DNA from: Takakia lepidozioides
Lineage: Eukaryota; Plantae; Bryophyta
Length of the DNA stretch: 64,000 nucleotides
Direction: 5' to 3'
Assembly (NCBI GenBank): GCA_030704615.1
Contig: CM060732.1
Location: forward strand, 56,234,001 to 56,298,000
This document shows positions 62,656-64,000 of the stretch, in pieces (position 1 is the first letter of the stretch; every line of letters begins with the position of its first letter). A program made the translations under genes and the position numbers. The notes under the pieces are model-generated. The model was not told where the DNA came from, made no database searches, and saw only the letters and a list, made by a program, of their open reading frames with translations.

Positions 62656-64000
62656 ATAGCTGACGGTCTTGATCTATTAAATATTTTGTAAAAAAATTCG
62701 GGACCACCAGAGTTTGTGGTCCAGATTTAATAAACATTCTCTTAATACTTCGGGACTACTAGCTCTGACGTTCTCGATTTTGAGAAAAATGCTTAATAAA
62801 TTGGGACCGCTAGCCTTGGCAGTCCTGCATTATCAAGCTGACAAAATATCACAGCTGACATGACATTTTTTTTGTATAGGCCATATATGGTTATTCTTTC
62901 ATATTTTTTACTTTAAGTGACATATTTATTTTATCCCATATATATATATTTAAATTTCCTGCACTAAATGGGATTTTTTTAATTTTTTTTGTGAATTTGT
63001 AAGTTCTCATCCCCCCCGCCCACTCCCGCGTGCTTGCTTCCCTACGCGTCCGAGCCCTAGTTCGGGTGCAGTGAGCCTCCCAACCCCCCTGCGACTCTGA
63101 AAACGCAGCTTGCAAGGGTTTTTTTTTTAAAAACATTTCTGCTTGTTGCCCCCTTCGCTTGCTCGCTTCTTCGCCCCTATTGCTTGTTCGCGCGTAGAAT
63201 TGTGCCCAACCCCCCTACGGCTCACCTACTCGTTGTAGATGAGTAATTCTGCCCCCGGGAGCTGTTTTTTTTTTCTTTTGTGTTTCTTCGCCCCCTCGCT
63301 TGCTTGCTTCTTCACCCCCTGTTGCTTGCTTGCTTGCGCGTAGGTACCCACCCAACCCCCCTGCGGCTGTCAAAATGCAGCTCACGCAAGAGGGGTTTTT
63401 TTTTATTGTGTTTTGCTCATCCCTTGACGTATGCTTGCCTGCTGTGCAGCTCGGCTGCTCGCTCTCTCATGCACTAAGCAAGTGCCGCGCCTACTTCCAA
63501 TACAGCCCCACTAACCACTATCTAAAAAATCAAATCATGTTTTTTTTTTCTGCCTGTTTTTAATTATTCCATCGCTCTATAGTCTACTCTCCCATTTTAC
63601 GCCCTCACCGTACTTCATAACTTTTCTCTCTTCTATGAGATGGAATCATGCAGCAGGGTGAAGATAGATGACAGACGGATCAATAATATATATTGCTTTC
63701 TGACCGAGGAAAAGAAAAAGGAAGAAATTTCATTAAGAACTTGTAGTGCATTATGCAAAGAGCATCGGTTCTTAAAGACATACTTGGTACAACAAATATT
63801 GAAAAACTTGACTGATGGTCCCAATGGGACAAATGTGCATGAGAAAACAATTAATGATTTTGATAGGGTGCGTTGGGAGCGGATAAAGTGCATGTAGTTA
63901 CTTTTCTTGTCGAGATTCCATAATTGCCAGTAATGGTAGAGGACTTCGCGAGGTTGTGGCTATTTATTACATCTTGTAGCTATCTAGAGTGAGGAACCTA

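Noticed and set aside
63638-63897. Host gene or transposase start at the window end (also coding-like 55100-55500)
   Set aside because: No recognisable motif and too short to call.

Overview
Eukaryotic DNA that is almost entirely transposable elements. The TE content suggests a land plant, probably a bryophyte; this is inference. The only host-gene piece is the first coding exon of a NAD-dependent 3-hydroxyisobutyrate/6-phosphogluconate-type dehydrogenase (1122-1024, minus strand). The rest: three hAT elements with TIRs and 8-bp TSDs (3165-8628, 8948-31094, 31922-37735); a three-level nest of a non-autonomous hAT holding a full-length L1-type LINE, which holds a 13.3-kb Ty3/Gypsy with extra ORFs and an internal inversion; a tRNA-derived SINE family with (TTA)n tails; a DUF659-type hAT transposase relic; and a Tcn1-like chromovirus (56674-62655, minus strand) with an apparent Tf1-type self-priming PBS. 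The most notable item is a decayed RLE-type non-LTR retrotransposon (~41300-46427). Its ORF reads RT, chromodomain, PCIF1/CAPAM-like N6-adenine methyltransferase, RNase H, zinc knuckle, then restriction-like endonuclease. It ends in a structured 3' RNA tail, and a short copy of that tail has retrotransposed, with a TSD, into the chromovirus at 59791-59873. All domain calls come from reading motifs by eye; no database searches were run.
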